From a virus, in the IMG/VR virus record IMGVR_UViG_3300032032_000003, positions 7,553 to 71,552 of that record: 64,000 bases of DNA; one strand, written 5' to 3'. A program made the position numbers and the translations under genes. Positions 9,066 through 22,983 of this stretch are shown here, one piece after another; position 1 is the first letter of the stretch, and every line of letters begins with the position of its first letter. Under the pieces are notes generated by a model, which was given only the letters and a program-made list of their open reading frames with translations, was not told where the DNA came from and ran no database searches.

Positions 9066-9296
9066 CTATTTAATTTTATTGACTATTACTTCTAAAGTCG
9101 CCCTTATTTCCGTAATCTCTGACTTTAAAGTATTTATATCGTTTTCATATTCTAGAATACTATTCATATGATTCTTTTTAATTTTATACGCTTTAAGCCC
9201 TTCGTAATTACGACTAAGTAATGCCTTAGAATTTTTATCACGAACGAGATCTCTCTCGCCATCTATTTTTATTATATCTTTTTTAAATTCTGCCAT
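9066..9296 (-). CDS. Small coiled-coil protein typically found downstream of VrlC
   Basis: LVRD..SKA(L)L motif plus a C-terminal heptad helix; synteny. Confidence 0.65.
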   Translation of the reverse strand: MAEFKKDIIKIDGERDLVRDKNSKALLSRNYEGLKAYKIKKNHMNSILEYENDINTLKSEITEIRATLEVIVNKIK

Positions 9297-9297
9297 T

Positions 9298-12200
9298 TTA
9301 AACTTGTAATGCTATGGCTCTTAAATCCTTAAACTTAGGAACCTTAGTAGTATCTGTTGAAAGAGGCACAACCTTGACTGCAAAAGTCTTATATCCTGTA
9401 TGTGTTACGTTTCCTATTGTAGATGTAACTGCTGCTGAGCTGCCGTCTCCTGTTATAGTAACCGTAGGAGCTGATGTATATCCTCTTCCTGGGTTAGTAA
9501 TTATAACAGAGCCAATTGTTCCGCTGCTAATCTCACATTTTGCTGTTGCTCCAAAACCACCACCGCCAGATATTGTAGCTGTAGCTGTTGAATATCCACT
9601 TCCTGCTGTACCAACTGTTGCTGATATAACAGAACTTAATACATATTCAAACACATCACTTGATGCGTTTAGTCCTGCTGCGTTTGATCCACGTGCAGGG
9701 ATTGAATAACTATATTCTGCGAACCCTTCTGTTTGTTCTGATGGTGCTTTGTTAGCTGTTAGTAATGTCCAATTTAAATCTTCTTGGAAGTTTCCAGGAT
9801 CTGCTGCGTTTTGGAATTTACCATAAACACTAATGCTTCCTGTATTTGGAATCGCTGCTTCTAAATAAACTTGTAAGTCTTCTGCGTCCATACCTTCTTC
9901 TAATACAACACGTCTAGAAATATATCTAGATGCTGCTGAACCTCCTACTCTACCATCTTCTCCTGTAATTGTATTGTTGATTTCGTTTTTAATACACAAC
10001 AAGTCTGCTTGATCTATTTCAATAATTGGTGAAATGTTATCATTGAATGTTGAGAATGTTATCTTGGCTCTTGCTGTGTTTGTAGAAGAATAGCTAGTTA
10101 CCTCATTCGTTCTACTGTAAATTGTTTTCTCTGTTGCTAATGTATGTGTTGTTCCAAAGTCTACTTCTTGATAGACTGTTGAGTTAGCTGTTCCTGAGCC
10201 GGTGTCTGTTAATGCTAATTCACATTTAGCTGATGTTCCCTCTCCTGGTTGTAATATACCTAAGTTAGGTGCAATATCATTAACCACTTTGTTGGTAAAG
10301 CTACTTATTGTTGCATACCCATCAGCATTTCCTACAATATCTCCTACTGAAAATTGTCCGCTTTTAATAACTGCGTGTGCATAGTTATATAAGTTGTCCC
10401 AAAAGTCTACTCTGCCTTTATTAAGAACCAATGTTGCTGTTGCTTGTGTTGTTCCTGTAGCTATTGTTATTGTCGGTGCAATATTATAACCCGATCCTGG
10501 GTTTGTAACTGTTAATCCTGTTACTGCTCCACCTGAAATCACTGCTGTTAATGCCAGGCCTGTTCCACCTGTGCCTGTATTTGTAACTGTAACAGCAGGT
10601 GCTGAGGAATAACCTGTTCCGCCTGCTGTAATAGTAGGTGTAAATCCAACTAGATTTTTACCTGGACTAAATTTCTTAGCTGCAAAAGACCAACTTGTAT
10701 CTGTAAAGTTTAACCAATCAATAGGCTCAGGTATTAAGTGTCCTGAATATGCTTGATCCTTTTTAAACCTACATCTTCTTATTTTAAACATTAAGTCTTT
10801 ATTCTGATGTGGACTCCAGGATCTATCGTTAGCTGAGCTAAACATCATACCTGCAGCAGGTTGTTTTGAAATTCTTGTTGTTGTTCCGTATTGGTTTTCG
10901 CCTAATTGTGCTATCCAACACTCATATCCTGTGTCGTCGTTCTCTGGTTTTGGAACAAAGCAATATTCTGTATTGTTTTTTAAGTAAACAGGATCTGGGA
11001 AACTAAATACCGTTGGAGTAAATGTTGTTGTTCCTCCTGAGGTTGATGAAACATTAATTGATGCTGCTGGTAAGTATCTTATTCCATTTGGAATAGTTCT
11101 AGGTCCAGGTATTCCATTAATAACTTCTCTAAGTTCCATTGTAACACCATTGGTGCCTTTTGTTTTAAAGTAAATTTCTATGTCTGAAACAAATATACCG
11201 CCAGGTACTCCACCAACTGTAAATGTTTGTGCTAGTGGATCGATACCTCCATTCCACAATTCAAATTCAAATTCACCGAAGAACTCTAGTTCTCCATCTG
11301 TTAATCCTCCATTCCAAGTGGGGCCTACGGGCTCATTTGTAAGTGCTAGACAAGTGAAGTCTGGCATAACTTCAACGGGTACAAATACCGGTACCGGTGT
11401 GCCTGGAAGGAGCTGAGTAACTACAGTTTCTACTACCTGAGTAGCTCCTGGAGGGCCGGCTGTTCCATCTGTTCCTGCTACTCCAGGCAACCCTGTGTCT
11501 CCTGCAGGTCCAACTGGTCCTGGTGGACCAGGAGGCCAGTTAGCAACATCTTCTATAAGTTGTTCAACAGATGATAATCCGGCTGCTACGGCTGCTTCTG
11601 TCTGGTTCACCCAATCTGTTAAGTCTGGTGCTTCTGCTGGTGTTCCAGCAGTACCTGCTGGTCCTGGTGGGCCTACCGGTCCTGTTTGTCCTACTGCTCC
11701 AGGTTGTCCTGTTGGTCCTGGTGCGCCTACGACGTTTGTAATTTCGTGTATAATAACAGGTGCTGGTGGAGGGGGCAACGGTGTGCCTGCTCCTATTGAA
11801 ATATCAACACTTGTATCTGTTGTTACTCTGTCACCTGTTTGATATGTAGGTGTTACGTTTGCTGTTTTAAGAGCTAGTATTGTGTCTTGTGTTTTTTGTC
11901 TTAAGCCTGAGGATTCGTAATTAGTTGTTGAAGATGTTCTTGATAATGAATCATTGTTATTAGCATCGTCTGTTAATTTGAATACCTTAACCCCTGTTCT
12001 AAATTGTCCTGAAGGAATTAAAAATTGTCCAAAGCATGTGCCATTTGAATCTGTTGTTATTGTTCCACCCAACGTTCCTGCTGAGTTTGTAACATGTGCT
12101 GATACATCTTCTCCATCAAAGAATGGATAGACTACTGTATTTGGTTTTAGTCTTATACAATTGAATACAATATTTGCTTCTCTCATAAATGGTGCAAAGG

Positions 12201-15200
12201 ACACGTCTACCACACTTTCACCTAAACTCTGTGTCTGAGTTGAAGCGCTTATATCTATACCTACACCCTGTCTTGTCTGTGCTTGTGATGTTGTTGTGGT
12301 TGTAAATAGTGAATTATTACTTGTTCCTTGTCCACTACTATTTGATCCAAACGTACTTAATTCTTGTGTTACCGTTGATACAACATTGGCTGCTCCACTA
12401 TTTTCCCAATCGCCCCACTGCGTTCCCCATGCGTTTGCCATGTTTTCCCAAGCATCATAGTTACCGTCAAAGTTTTTAGTAACCGCTGGTTGAACATCTG
12501 TTGCCACAAAGTTATCTACATTTGGTGTTAATGTCATATCTCCTGAATAGTGGAATGTTAGTTCTTTTGCTAGGTTCTCTGTTTGAGAAGCCTCTCCTTG
12601 TGATCTAAATTCTACAATGTCATATGGTAATGAAATTGTTCTACCTGTTTGTGCTAATGTAGTGGTTGAATTAGCCGCTCCTATATCAGTAAATGTTCTT
12701 AATGATATATTCTCCATTGCGAAAAACGGCCTTGCATGTTTCTTAACCGGATCAACTGATATTTTATAGTCCGGATCTAATACTGCTCCTACATTGTGTC
12801 CTGTAAATGGATCTACTAAGATGCCATTTTTAAATCTGTCTGTACCTGCTGCATTTGTAATTGTTTGATCTTTTGCGTATGTTTCTAATAAGTTTAGTGA
12901 AGCGTAATACTCTAAGTTTTTAATACGAGTTTCTAACGTACTAATATCTTTCATTGTAAAACGTTTATATGCTACTTGATTTACTGTTGCGCCTAAGTCT
13001 GATCGTCCTGCTAACTTGGCTGCTACTGTACCTAAGCAAGGATAAGGTGGTAAGTTAATTGTAGCCAACGTCATACATTTCTCAGGCTCTATCGGTAGTA
13101 TAGGATCGTCTGAATAAGCTCCCTCTACTTGTCTAATTTTACCATCGAAGTCACATACTACTCTTAATTTTTTACCTTGCCAATATGAGAAGTCTGTTGT
13201 AAATGTTTTAACAGGTACCGGGAATGTAACTCCGCCTCCTGGTCTATCAATTTCTTCTAACGCGTCTGGATTTACAGGAGCTGATCCTAATGTAGCATTT
13301 GGTGTTGCTGTGTCTGCCATCCTAGGACGGAAGTCAATAGTATTTCTTAAATCATAATCTCCTATTACGCTTGATCTGTAAATTGGAATGTCTTCTGTTC
13401 TTATTGTATTGGCTGCTGGTGTGGTAGTATCGTCTACTGGATAACTATCTAAAATATTAAATGTTCCGCCTCCAGATGCTACTGTGTGTGTAAAGTATGA
13501 AAGTTTAACAACCACATATCTATTCGTTGCTAGATTTACTGTTGCCTGCGATGTTTTAAAAATCTTAGCATGGCCGTAGTAGTTATCTCTTTGTCCGTTA
13601 TCAAATCTAAATTGGTTTGTAACTTCGTCTGCTGCCGCTACCGAGTAAGCAGATGAGTTTGCCCAAACTCCTTCAAGTTTATAACCATCTGAAACTCCTA
13701 AATTCATTTCACCTGTTGAGCCATTAGCATTTGAGTTTGTATCTACTTTGACATAGACACTTTGTACTAATGCTTTTGCTATAGGTGTTGTATCTGTTTT
13801 CAATACATTCACATAAACTCTAACTTTATCACTCTGTCCACCTGCTGTTGTTACTGTTGTTCCTAAATCAATCCTCATTGCTGTGGATGAAGAACACTTA
13901 ACTGATGCGTTAGAGTTACTAGAGGTTAGGTCAATGTACTGTCCTGCTGTTCTATTATTTCCTGTTGTTAAATCAAAACCATCTTCTGCTATTGCTATAA
14001 TATTGGCTGATTTAATTGTGTCTGTTAATTCTGTGTTTGATGTATCGTAAGGGAATGTTTCATCACCTGTTAATGTTAGGTCAACATAAGCCCCTGCTGC
14101 GTTTAACTGAACATCAAATTCTTTTGTGTATTGGTATGTGGTGTCGTATGTTCCGCCTGCTGCAGCCTTTAATGTTTTAATATGATTGTAAGGCATGGCA
14201 AACAACATTTTATTTGCTGATGCTTCTTTAATTGTTGCCTTTGAATCTGTTAATACTGTATTTGCTATACCATCTGCCGATGAGTTTTCATATCTTATAC
14301 CTTTAACTGATCCAAATTCACCACTAATTAAATGTATATCATACAAATATAGTTTATATGCTGCTGCTGTTGCTCCTGCTGTTCCACTTGAATGAACAAC
14401 GTGTCGAGCCTTTGCCGATCCTATTTTTGTTCCTGCTGCTGATGCTGCTCCATTTTGTACGGTGTCATATAAATCTATTGATCCACCACCGTCTATATCC
14501 CAAAATCCAGATACATATGATATGTCAGTATAGTTACCAAAAGAAGTTGATATTGGCATACCATCTTTAGTTACTACCCCTTCAGGTTTTCTTATAACTA
14601 CACGTTTGGTTGATCCTAATGTTCGTTTGAAACCGCCAATGTAAGATTTACCTGGTGCAATACCTAATACAAGTCCATCTCTATTTCCGCTTTTAGCTGC
14701 TGTATAAACACCACCATTAGTGTTAGCTGCGTTTTGTAAATGTTCTCTGACATCTACTGTCATTCCTGCTACTGTATAATTGCCTGATTCGTCGTAAGTT
14801 CTGTTTGCTAAAATTTCTCCAACACCTGAAAGTGGATTATCTTTAAGTTTATTTCTAATAACTCCACCATCTTGAATTCTTAAATACAGATACCAATCAT
14901 CAGGTTTTGGTATGGATGGGTGGAAAGATCTTAAAGTAACCATCATAAGCATTCTATCCGCTCCAGGAGCGTTATAGTTATAAGACCCTTGTGCAGGATC
15001 TAGTAAACTTGTATCTGATGCCGATGTTTGGGATGCTTCATATAATTGAAAGCCAACTAATTTTTCATTATACTTAGACCATCTATCCATTAAGTTATGA
15101 ATTCTTGTTGTTCTAATAAAGTGGCCTCTTGCATATATAATGCCAGGCTCTAAAATTATTTCATGTGTTTTACCATGGTATTTGGATTGTTCGTTTGTTG

Positions 15201-15702
15201 TTGTTCCTGTATGAACTAGAAAGGTATCTCCATTTCTTGAGGAATCTGTTGATGTTACTGTTAAGGTTTCACCTGTCGTAAAATGAGCGTAAGTAGTAGA
15301 TGATGTATTATAATTAAAATATAATTGTTTTGTTACCGGTGCACCTGCTTCTGTTCCTTGTTCTGTATGCGCTATAACTGCTGTTAAACCAGAAGTGCCA
15401 CCGGTTAGTGTGTCCCCTACATAGTTTGCTAATGTAGAATTATCAACAGCAACCGAGGAGGCGTCTGTGTCTTTAATTTTAACCCAATGTCTTTCTAGTA
15501 TTTGTTCGGCACACCCGGTAACTACTGCGCCTTCTTGAATCATAAAACCAAAACCTTTGTCTAACTGGTCTTGTAAAATTGATTGTAGCTGTGTAAGCTC
15601 TCTTGCTTGTACTGCAACACCAGGCTTAAACAGAACTCTATGAAAATTCTTATGATCGTTAAAGTCGTCGTAATATGGTGATGCGTTTAAATTTAATGCC
15701 AT
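9298..15702 (-). CDS. VrlC/DUF4815-type large baseplate/virion protein (2134 aa) with a collagen-like insert
   Basis: N-terminal [10 protein letters not shown]...[22 protein letters not shown]; RTYDESGNY; [10 protein letters not shown]; DPLAQTF; C-terminal [11 protein letters not shown]. Confidence 0.9.
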   Translation of the reverse strand: MALNLNASPYYDDFNDHKNFHRVLFKPGVAVQARELTQLQSILQDQLDKGFGFMIQEGAVVTGCAEQILERHWVKIKDTDASSVAVDNSTLANYVGDTLTGGTSGLTAVIAHTEQGTEAGAPVTKQLYFNYNTSSTTYAHFTTGETLTVTSTDSSRNGDTFLVHTGTTTNEQSKYHGKTHEIILEPGIIYARGHFIRTTRIHNLMDRWSKYNEKLVGFQLYEASQTSASDTSLLDPAQGSYNYNAPGADRMLMMVTLRSFHPSIPKPDDWYLYLRIQDGGVIRNKLKDNPLSGVGEILANRTYDESGNYTVAGMTVDVREHLQNAANTNGGVYTAAKSGNRDGLVLGIAPGKSYIGGFKRTLGSTKRVVIRKPEGVVTKDGMPISTSFGNYTDISYVSGFWDIDGGGSIDLYDTVQNGAASAAGTKIGSAKARHVVHSSGTAGATAAAYKLYLYDIHLISGEFGSVKGIRYENSSADGIANTVLTDSKATIKEASANKMLFAMPYNHIKTLKAAAGGTYDTTYQYTKEFDVQLNAAGAYVDLTLTGDETFPYDTSNTELTDTIKSANIIAIAEDGFDLTTGNNRTAGQYIDLTSSNSNASVKCSSSTAMRIDLGTTVTTAGGQSDKVRVYVNVLKTDTTPIAKALVQSVYVKVDTNSNANGSTGEMNLGVSDGYKLEGVWANSSAYSVAAADEVTNQFRFDNGQRDNYYGHAKIFKTSQATVNLATNRYVVVKLSYFTHTVASGGGTFNILDSYPVDDTTTPAANTIRTEDIPIYRSSVIGDYDLRNTIDFRPRMADTATPNATLGSAPVNPDALEEIDRPGGGVTFPVPVKTFTTDFSYWQGKKLRVVCDFDGKIRQVEGAYSDDPILPIEPEKCMTLATINLPPYPCLGTVAAKLAGRSDLGATVNQVAYKRFTMKDISTLETRIKNLEYYASLNLLETYAKDQTITNAAGTDRFKNGILVDPFTGHNVGAVLDPDYKISVDPVKKHARPFFAMENISLRTFTDIGAANSTTTLAQTGRTISLPYDIVEFRSQGEASQTENLAKELTFHYSGDMTLTPNVDNFVATDVQPAVTKNFDGNYDAWENMANAWGTQWGDWENSGAANVVSTVTQELSTFGSNSSGQGTSNNSLFTTTTTSQAQTRQGVGIDISASTQTQSLGESVVDVSFAPFMREANIVFNCIRLKPNTVVYPFFDGEDVSAHVTNSAGTLGGTITTDSNGTCFGQFLIPSGQFRTGVKVFKLTDDANNNDSLSRTSSTTNYESSGLRQKTQDTILALKTANVTPTYQTGDRVTTDTSVDISIGAGTPLPPPPAPVIIHEITNVVGAPGPTGQPGAVGQTGPVGPPGPAGTAGTPAEAPDLTDWVNQTEAAVAAGLSSVEQLIEDVANWPPGPPGPVGPAGDTGLPGVAGTDGTAGPPGATQVVETVVTQLLPGTPVPVFVPVEVMPDFTCLALTNEPVGPTWNGGLTDGELEFFGEFEFELWNGGIDPLAQTFTVGGVPGGIFVSDIEIYFKTKGTNGVTMELREVINGIPGPRTIPNGIRYLPAASINVSSTSGGTTTFTPTVFSFPDPVYLKNNTEYCFVPKPENDDTGYECWIAQLGENQYGTTTRISKQPAAGMMFSSANDRSWSPHQNKDLMFKIRRCRFKKDQAYSGHLIPEPIDWLNFTDTSWSFAAKKFSPGKNLVGFTPTITAGGTGYSSAPAVTVTNTGTGGTGLALTAVISGGAVTGLTVTNPGSGYNIAPTITIATGTTQATATLVLNKGRVDFWDNLYNYAHAVIKSGQFSVGDIVGNADGYATISSFTNKVVNDIAPNLGILQPGEGTSAKCELALTDTGSGTANSTVYQEVDFGTTHTLATEKTIYSRTNEVTSYSSTNTARAKITFSTFNDNISPIIEIDQADLLCIKNEINNTITGEDGRVGGSAASRYISRRVVLEEGMDAEDLQVYLEAAIPNTGSISVYGKFQNAADPGNFQEDLNWTLLTANKAPSEQTEGFAEYSYSIPARGSNAAGLNASSDVFEYVLSSVISATVGTAGSGYSTATATISGGGGFGATAKCEISSGTIGSVIITNPGRGYTSAPTVTITGDGSSAAVTSTIGNVTHTGYKTFAVKVVPLSTDTTKVPKFKDLRAIALQV

Positions 15703-15707
15703 TTTTG

Positions 15708-17300
15708 TTAAAACCTAATCAATGCTTTTATTTGTTCTACTTGGTCTTCCGATCTTGTGATGGGTGACCTGTTATCTAAGTATATAATTTCGCCGGTAGC
15801 ATTATCTACTTCCGGACTTGTTACACTATTTATACTCAAGCCCGTCAAACTACGAGTAGTATTTTCCAATGTTGACGAATTTGTAATAGTAGGAATCGTT
15901 GCTGCCAACCAAACCTTATTATTAGTTGAATCTAATTGAACAACCGTAAACTCTCCCCCATCATCTGTTACAATTTTGTTATCTATTTCATAATTAGCTA
16001 GTGCTGTTGCATCTGCTACTGTAATAATATAACTAGCTGTGCCTGTGTTTGTTGTATATATGGCTGCTGCGGGAGATAATACGTTTTTTATTAGTGCAAT
16101 CTGTCTAAAGTCGTTGCCTAATATTAAATCTTTATTAGTATTATCTGCAAATGATACTGTAAGTCCAAGATTATTTGCAAATAATTCTCGAGTTGCGTTA
16201 GAACCATGTCCACCCTGTGGTGAAATAATAGCTCTAGCTGTTGCTCCTGTTCCAGGAGCTGTTGTGTTTGTTATTACTATTGAAGCATATGAATAACCTG
16301 ATCCAGGATTTGTAACTCGTAATTTGGTTAATGCTCCTGTTGTTTCATTAACGTACGCTGCTGCTTCAGCTCCTGTGCCATCACCGGTTACTGAAACTAC
16401 AACATCACCTGTTGCATAGTCTTGTCCACCTGTTGTAAGCACTACTCTATCTAGTGTGCCTGCTACTGCGGCGCCTTCTACAGCACTTTGTAATGCTGGT
16501 AAACTATCTACGTCACCCAAGTTTACAGTTCCTGCTGCGTTAGATCCGCCTCCTCCTGTGAAAGCAACAAAGGCAAAACTATAACCACTACCAGAAGCTG
16601 TGATTGTTACCCCTGTAACTGCTCCACCTGATATTGTAGCTGTGCCTGTTGCTCCTGTACCATCACCAACAATAGCAGCAGTTGGTACAGAAGTATATCC
16701 CGATCCTCCTGCTGTCATTGTAATGCTATCAATCTCTCCATTGACATCATGTGTTGGGTTTCCTGTTAATTTTCTAACAGGAACATAATCTGCATCTAAA
16801 AATTTATTTTGATCGGAAGCTGATATTTGAAACATGAACTTCCAATTATAAGCATCTGCTAATTCAAACACAGAAGTTCCTGTGCTTGTTGGCTTTTCCG
16901 TTGAAGCGCCATTAGAGTTATTAGATATACACTTATAAACTTTAAACTCGTCGGTAACTACAAAGAAGTTAGCCTCTGCTAAACTTTGTGCTCCCGAGTT
17001 CGATTGATTTACTGAGGAATATGTATCATCATATTCATCGTAAACTGTGCCGGATACCCAATCAGTTCTATCTGCTAACATGCAAATATCTGCTGAATCT
17101 ATCCGTTGTGTAAACATCATACTACGTCTAAACTCTGATACATAAGCATCAGAATCAACAGGCGTCTCTGGAACAGTATCATCTGTCCAGGGTAGTGTCC
17201 TGCCTACAGCAAAGTGAAAATAGTCATTATTGTTTTTTATATCTCTATAAAAAGATCTTGCTAATTCTACTCTGCCTAGTCTACGTAATACGAGTGCCAT
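15708..17300 (-). CDS. gp8: Baseplate wedge subunit
   Basis: VYKCISN...[50 protein letters not shown]. Confidence 0.85.
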   Translation of the reverse strand: MALVLRRLGRVELARSFYRDIKNNNDYFHFAVGRTLPWTDDTVPETPVDSDAYVSEFRRSMMFTQRIDSADICMLADRTDWVSGTVYDEYDDTYSSVNQSNSGAQSLAEANFFVVTDEFKVYKCISNNSNGASTEKPTSTGTSVFELADAYNWKFMFQISASDQNKFLDADYVPVRKLTGNPTHDVNGEIDSITMTAGGSGYTSVPTAAIVGDGTGATGTATISGGAVTGVTITASGSGYSFAFVAFTGGGGSNAAGTVNLGDVDSLPALQSAVEGAAVAGTLDRVVLTTGGQDYATGDVVVSVTGDGTGAEAAAYVNETTGALTKLRVTNPGSGYSYASIVITNTTAPGTGATARAIISPQGGHGSNATRELFANNLGLTVSFADNTNKDLILGNDFRQIALIKNVLSPAAAIYTTNTGTASYIITVADATALANYEIDNKIVTDDGGEFTVVQLDSTNNKVWLAATIPTITNSSTLENTTRSLTGLSINSVTSPEVDNATGEIIYLDNRSPITRSEDQVEQIKALIRF

Positions 17301-17309
17301 TTATTTCCC

Positions 17310-17753
17310 TTAAGAAATTGTTACTGTCCAAGTAATTGTCATTGAATCAGACGCGCCTTTGTTTACAACCGAAAATACAGTTCTACATAAAAGAGTACCA
17401 CCGGAAGCTGCATTTAATATGCCTGCTTCTGTAATAGCTCCTGTGCCTGTGCCTGCTGCAAATGAGCAAACATAAGCTACTGCATTACTTGTAACTGTTG
17501 TAGATGTAAGGGCAACACGAGCTGCTTCTGTACCTAAAGCGGTATTTCCTGAAGCTGCTGCTGTTGTTCCTGTGCCAATACCCATATGTGACATGGCTGT
17601 GGCTGTAGCATCTTTCATTCTAGATGCTATAAAGGCTAGGCCAGTGTCTACTACTAGGTTCTCTAATTCCCTAGTTTCCTTGACATTGCCCTTTTTGTCT
17701 TTGATTTCAACTGTAAGCTTACCTGTAGCTTTAGTTTTATCTGTTTTAAACAT
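17310..17753 (-). CDS. Small virion structural protein (tail-fibre N-terminal-like)
   Basis: NLVVDTG...MGIGTG...AL..E..R...ITEAGI.NA..GGTLLCRTVF.VVNK; lies within the baseplate operon. Confidence 0.7.
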   Translation of the reverse strand: MFKTDKTKATGKLTVEIKDKKGNVKETRELENLVVDTGLAFIASRMKDATATAMSHMGIGTGTTAAASGNTALGTEAARVALTSTTVTSNAVAYVCSFAAGTGTGAITEAGILNAASGGTLLCRTVFSVVNKGASDSMTITWTVTIS

Positions 17754-17789
17754 TTTAGTCTCCTAATCTATCTTTTGTTTATGTTATCT

Positions 17790-20369
17790 TTATGTTAACG
17801 ACCAACCCGTTCCTACATAATCCTCACTATGATATAAGTGATCTACATAGTCTTGGTTAAAACCAACTCCTGTGTCCCCTGCACTCAAACTTTCTGTGTT
17901 TGGTTTGCTTAGGGCACTAACGATTGATTCTACTACCGAAGAGGTTTCCGCTATTCCTTTGTTAGTATTTATACTGTTTACGCTATCAGAATTGGAAGTT
18001 GTTTCAGATTTATTTAATCCAATTGTCCAAACCGTGCTGTCTGATACCGTTTGTGATTCCGTTAATGCTTTACTAACTAATATTGCTGGTGCATCTGCTG
18101 CTGTACTTGTGTCTGTGAACTCTAGAATATGTCCAACTGTCAAGCTATCTGTAACTGACGTTGATTCTGAGAACGCTCTGTTGTACGCTGCTACTATCGA
18201 TTGGGCATCTGTAACAGTAACAGAATGTCCTAAAGGTTTAGCCATTGCCCAAGAGAACCTGTGTTCTCCAATATTATAGTTGTCTGCATCGTCTCCATCA
18301 CTAGAATCATTCCAATAGGCTGAGTTCGGTGACCCACCATCTCCTTGAACAACGTATGGGTTACCTACATCTTGATCATCAGCTGTTGCTGTGTTAGTAA
18401 ATGTCCCAGGTGTAAACGCTATTGCGTGTGCATCTGTTGCTGTGCTTGTATCTGTCTTAATTATTTCGACGAATTTAGCTACTGTTTCAGATGTGCTTAC
18501 TGTATCTGTTGTTAAGAATTTATAGAAATTATATCCTGTTGAGGAAACTGAGAATGCAACATTGTAATCAACCACACTTCTTACAATAAGATCTCCAAAC
18601 ACTTGCATTCCTGCAGGGTGTACGGTATCTCTTATTGCTCTGTCCCATGTTGTCTGCTCTACAGCTGACTTAATAACATAAGCATATGGTTGATATCTTT
18701 TGTTGTCTTGTAATACGTTGACATCGGATAATTTTCCTCTGTCATCTTTCCACTTACCTTCATATTCAAATAAATATCCTGTGGATATGGTTATTGTAGT
18801 CGCTTCTCCTGTTGGTGAAGTAATTACAATGTCTGCAGAGTCTGCTAAAAAGCCTGATCCTGCATTAATAATTTGAAACGTTGCAGGGAGTCCTGCGGAA
18901 GTAATAGACGTAACTCTTATATAGGCATTGTTTTGTCCGCCTACGAAGGTATAGTTGTCTGTATCACTTTGATGTACACGGAAATATCCTCCACCGGAGC
19001 CATTAGTGCCGTCTCCTGCTGCTGCATATCCTTTACCATCATCTCCCGTTTCATTGATCTTATAAACTTGTCCTACTTTAAATCCTGCATTACTTGCTGA
19101 ACCACTATAACTCTTAAACGTAACTCCGGTTAATTGCCTAACCAAATATCCATAGATATCTGAAGCCGAGTTTCCTGCACCATCATCAACGATATAAGAT
19201 CTAATATCTGTGGGTGCAGTTTCTGTGATTATATTAATGCCTGCTGTGGTATATCCTGTACCTGCTGCAGTTACTGCCACTGCTGTTATTTTTCCGTCTG
19301 CTATTGTAGCTGTTGCTGTGGCTCCTGTACCGTCTCCAAATATTTGTATGCCTGGTATTGCTCTATAATCAGCTCCACCGTCATTAACAGTTACACTTGC
19401 TATACCGCCAGAAGATATTATAGGTGTTGCTACACCGCCTGCTCCTGGGCCATATACGGCTGTTGTTACTTCATCAAATTTAAGTATGATATCAAATCGT
19501 TGTAATGTTATACCATTCGTTTGATATGTATTCTTTTCTACCCTAGTTACTGTTGCATTCTGTGTATTTAATGCAGTAACAGATCCCGTTGATTGATGAT
19601 ACCTAATATCAATTTTTTTACCTTGTAACTCTAACGGTTCTAATACTCCTCCATGCTCTGCTTCTTGTAGTTTAACTGCTTGTTCAACACTATAAAAAGC
19701 ATCAGAGGGTTTTAAAATATATCTACTAGGGTATTGTACTTCAACGTTCTCTCCATACATTAACCTAAAAAATGTTTCTATTGATTCCCTAGTACCTTTA
19801 GCTTCATAAAAGTCTTTAGCTCTTTTATAAAAGAAACGTTTATCTACTGTTACACTTTTAGGGAAATCATTTACAAGCGCTCCTCTCCATTTATCTAAAA
19901 AGGCTTCCTGTGCATAGTCAATATCATTACTGTAATTTACTATTTCATCGCTTTGTTTAGAATCTTGATCCATAAAAGCATAATACTTTTTAAGGAAAGT
20001 AACGAATGTTGGATACTCATCTCTGATATATTCTGGGAATTGATCTTCGATTAGAAAGGAAGTGTTTCTTGTTTCTGTTTTTATATTGCCTTGTGCAGCA
20101 TCTAATACTACTGATGCTGTTGCACCGGTTGCTGATGTGTCAGATGCATGTGGTGTTATAGTAACTGTTGGCGTAGATGTATAACCTGTTCCAATGTTTG
20201 TAACTGTAATTGTTGTGATCGCTCCACTTGATACTGTAGCGATCGCTGTGGCTCCTGTTCCGCCTCCGCCTTCAATAGTTATCGTAGGCACATTATTATA
20301 TCCCGTGCCACCTGCCGTGATGGTTATAGACGAAACGTATCTATAAAATGATGGGATATAGTCTGTCAT
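17790..20369 (-). CDS. gp7: Baseplate wedge initiator (gp7-like)
   Basis: [53 protein letters not shown]; lies between gp6 and gp8. Confidence 0.75.
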   Translation of the reverse strand: MTDYIPSFYRYVSSITITAGGTGYNNVPTITIEGGGGTGATAIATVSSGAITTITVTNIGTGYTSTPTVTITPHASDTSATGATASVVLDAAQGNIKTETRNTSFLIEDQFPEYIRDEYPTFVTFLKKYYAFMDQDSKQSDEIVNYSNDIDYAQEAFLDKWRGALVNDFPKSVTVDKRFFYKRAKDFYEAKGTRESIETFFRLMYGENVEVQYPSRYILKPSDAFYSVEQAVKLQEAEHGGVLEPLELQGKKIDIRYHQSTGSVTALNTQNATVTRVEKNTYQTNGITLQRFDIILKFDEVTTAVYGPGAGGVATPIISSGGIASVTVNDGGADYRAIPGIQIFGDGTGATATATIADGKITAVAVTAAGTGYTTAGINIITETAPTDIRSYIVDDGAGNSASDIYGYLVRQLTGVTFKSYSGSASNAGFKVGQVYKINETGDDGKGYAAAGDGTNGSGGGYFRVHQSDTDNYTFVGGQNNAYIRVTSITSAGLPATFQIINAGSGFLADSADIVITSPTGEATTITISTGYLFEYEGKWKDDRGKLSDVNVLQDNKRYQPYAYVIKSAVEQTTWDRAIRDTVHPAGMQVFGDLIVRSVVDYNVAFSVSSTGYNFYKFLTTDTVSTSETVAKFVEIIKTDTSTATDAHAIAFTPGTFTNTATADDQDVGNPYVVQGDGGSPNSAYWNDSSDGDDADNYNIGEHRFSWAMAKPLGHSVTVTDAQSIVAAYNRAFSESTSVTDSLTVGHILEFTDTSTAADAPAILVSKALTESQTVSDSTVWTIGLNKSETTSNSDSVNSINTNKGIAETSSVVESIVSALSKPNTESLSAGDTGVGFNQDYVDHLYHSEDYVGTGWSLT

Positions 20370-22558
20370 TAGATCTCTTCTACTTCAGGTGATGCTGTTA
20401 TTACTGTTCCCGCTCTTGAATTTATTTGTGAGTTCACTACACTATCGTCTAGTGTTAATACTGTATTTCTTGAGGGTTTAGCAACGACAGGAGCAGTAGA
20501 AGTATCTGAGGTTCTAATTAATGCTTGTGTTGTTATGTCCTTTACAGAATCATGAGGGGTGACTTGTATTCTTAATGTTGCTTCTGTTCCATATAGGGTG
20601 TTAATTATTGTTGACGGAACAGATACTGTACCTGCATCATAGTCTATTGAACCTATGTCTGCTATAATAGTTCCTGTAGGTGTAACTGCTTGAACAATTC
20701 CTGATCCGCTATACAATGGTGCCACCACTCCTGAATTAGGAACGTCTTGTAATAAGACCTTTGTTGTTACACTTGCTATTGTCAAATCAAAATATGTGCT
20801 TGTAAGTTCTCTAGGTTGTAATTTCTGATTAAACTTAACTGTATAATTTTTAGCTACAGCTAAATCAGGTTTAATTCTCTTTTGGAATCTGGTTTGAATA
20901 TTTACAGATATTATTGCATCTGAAAATTCTTTAATACTGTCGTGTAATCTTGTGTAATAAAAACTCTTGTTTAGCTTATTCAAACTATTATTAAAATAAG
21001 AGTTTACATTGCCTAATACGCCTGCTTCTATTTGTCCTTTTGCTAATGTTGTTAATTTAGGATTATATACTACTCCTACATCCAAAGAAACGTATGTGTA
21101 CTCTGGATCTACAAACTCAGGAATAATTGATACCGGAGTTTTAGGTTCTATAACTGCTGTTTTAATATTATCTTTATCAGATTCTGTTATAAATGATCCG
21201 AGTACAGGATTAAGTGATATAAACACTTTACCATATATAGGTGGATCGTTTTTCTCTCCACCCCAAACAGAACATGATTGTATATTAGGATTGGCTGCTA
21301 ATATAAGTGTTTCGTAGTCTTGTTCTGTAACTGCTCTGTCTCTTGTTGCGTTAAATCGAGGAGCATTAAATCTAATTTCGTCTATGCTTTCTTGAATACT
21401 TCCACTACTAGCTGCCAAATGTGTGGTGTTGGTAACTGACTCTCCTGCTGTTGCAAGTGTTGTAGTTGCTGCAAAGGTTTTAGCTGTGTTTGCTTGTGCT
21501 CCATTAGAGTTTATATAGTCAATTATAACAATGTTACCATTAGATAATTTTTTACCTATTACATCGTCTCCGAATCTAATTTGAAATAAACCATCAGCTC
21601 CTTCTTCTACAAAATACGCTTTGGTATCTGATTTAACATTTAAAAATGTTGAATTTAAATTATAAACCGTTGTTGTTAAATCTGTTGAAGAATTTTGTAC
21701 TCTAACTCTTAATGTTGTTGTGTCTGCTCTATCATTTGGCAACACATAAGGGCCTGCTTCAGCTCCTGTTGAAACAACAAATTGATTTGCTACTCTTACA
21801 CCTTCTTTAATATCTAATCCCGGAAAAACAAATTGTGTTTGGGATGCTGCTGTTGCTGATTGTCCGGTGTACATTCCATAAGTTAAGCCTGAAGATACCG
21901 TTGTATTTTCACCTGTAGAAATCTGAGTGCCTAAATTTGTTTGTGCTTCTTTTTTACTACTGTTAGGAGCATAAAAACTTACTCCACTATATTCTGCAAA
22001 TGTATAAGTTGTTGCTCCGGTACCACCTGTGTCTGCTGCTTCTGCTGCTGCTTCTGTTAAATACAAAGGAAAATAATATCCTTTGCCTAGTGTTGAGTGT
22101 GTTCCTTCTAACCAATAAGGACCGGCTCCACCTACGCTTACCGCTTGTGTTGTAGTTGTGCCTGTTGGATAAAATTTAAATGTTGTTCCATTAACAGCAG
22201 TTGTAAATGTAGATTCCCTTGACAATACTAATGTTGTTGCTGTGTAACTAGCAGGAACCGCTATTGCTAAATTAATTTTCGCTGTTGAACAACGTCTAGA
22301 TCTTGGTGTGTAACCAAGAGCTTTTGCTATTGATACTACAGATTCCCTCTTAATAGCAGTATCTATGAAGTTTTCATTAGCTAACATGTGTGCTAATATG
22401 CCATTGTAATGCGTATTATACGCTAATAAGTCTATTAAAACTGCAAGGCCTGAACCTTCAAAGTTATAATCTGTAAATTCTGTTTGACTATTTAAAAAGG
22501 TCTTAAGGTTTGCCTTTATGTTATCAAAGTCTAATTCTGATACGTTTAATTGTGCCAT
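20369..22558 (-). CDS. gp6: Baseplate wedge subunit
   Basis: [67 protein letters not shown]. Confidence 0.95.
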   Translation of the reverse strand: MAQLNVSELDFDNIKANLKTFLNSQTEFTDYNFEGSGLAVLIDLLAYNTHYNGILAHMLANENFIDTAIKRESVVSIAKALGYTPRSRRCSTAKINLAIAVPASYTATTLVLSRESTFTTAVNGTTFKFYPTGTTTTQAVSVGGAGPYWLEGTHSTLGKGYYFPLYLTEAAAEAADTGGTGATTYTFAEYSGVSFYAPNSSKKEAQTNLGTQISTGENTTVSSGLTYGMYTGQSATAASQTQFVFPGLDIKEGVRVANQFVVSTGAEAGPYVLPNDRADTTTLRVRVQNSSTDLTTTVYNLNSTFLNVKSDTKAYFVEEGADGLFQIRFGDDVIGKKLSNGNIVIIDYINSNGAQANTAKTFAATTTLATAGESVTNTTHLAASSGSIQESIDEIRFNAPRFNATRDRAVTEQDYETLILAANPNIQSCSVWGGEKNDPPIYGKVFISLNPVLGSFITESDKDNIKTAVIEPKTPVSIIPEFVDPEYTYVSLDVGVVYNPKLTTLAKGQIEAGVLGNVNSYFNNSLNKLNKSFYYTRLHDSIKEFSDAIISVNIQTRFQKRIKPDLAVAKNYTVKFNQKLQPRELTSTYFDLTIASVTTKVLLQDVPNSGVVAPLYSGSGIVQAVTPTGTIIADIGSIDYDAGTVSVPSTIINTLYGTEATLRIQVTPHDSVKDITTQALIRTSDTSTAPVVAKPSRNTVLTLDDSVVNSQINSRAGTVITASPEVEEI

Positions 22559-22562
22559 TTGT

Positions 22563-22970
22563 CTACCTCAGCCTCGTAAGACTTACTGATAAGTCTTGTG
22601 GTTCGTTTAACCCTTTTATTAAAAATCTTATCTGAACATTGTAAGCATTCTGATCGTAATCAGGTTCAGTTGATATGCTCATTATATCTACCCTTGGCTC
22701 ATAATTTCTTATTTGTTGTTCTACCGCAGTAGATATGTTTGTCCCCAATTGAGGGTCCATGTTTTCAAATAAGAACTGATAAAGAGCCGAGCCCAACTCC
22801 GGATGAAATGGTCTTTCGTAAGGCTTTGTTAGAAGCAATGTTTTTATTGATTGTTTCACAGCGTTTACGTCTAATTTTTTGTTTATATCTCCCGAAAGAG
22901 CGTTTTTCGTAAACAACATATCAAAGTCTTTATATAACCTTGCTATTTTTAGTTTTTGTGGTGTTGCCAT
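22563..22970 (-). CDS. gp25: Baseplate wedge subunit
   Basis: AVKQSIK.LLLT...ERPF.P..GS....LFEN, I.NYEPRV, C-terminal L.RLR. Confidence 0.95.
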   Translation of the reverse strand: MATPQKLKIARLYKDFDMLFTKNALSGDINKKLDVNAVKQSIKTLLLTKPYERPFHPELGSALYQFLFENMDPQLGTNISTAVEQQIRNYEPRVDIMSISTEPDYDQNAYNVQIRFLIKGLNEPQDLSVSLTRLR

Positions 22971-22975
22971 AATAG

Positions 22976-22983
22976 TATTTATA
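22976..22983 (-). promoter_or_regulatory. T4-type late promoter 5 nt upstream of the gp25 ATG
   Basis: TATAAATA-CTATT-ATG. Confidence 0.8.

Noticed and set aside
9314-21317. Many plus-strand ORFs of 60-135 aa within the baseplate genes
   Set aside because: Antisense to well-supported structural genes; explained by their codon bias
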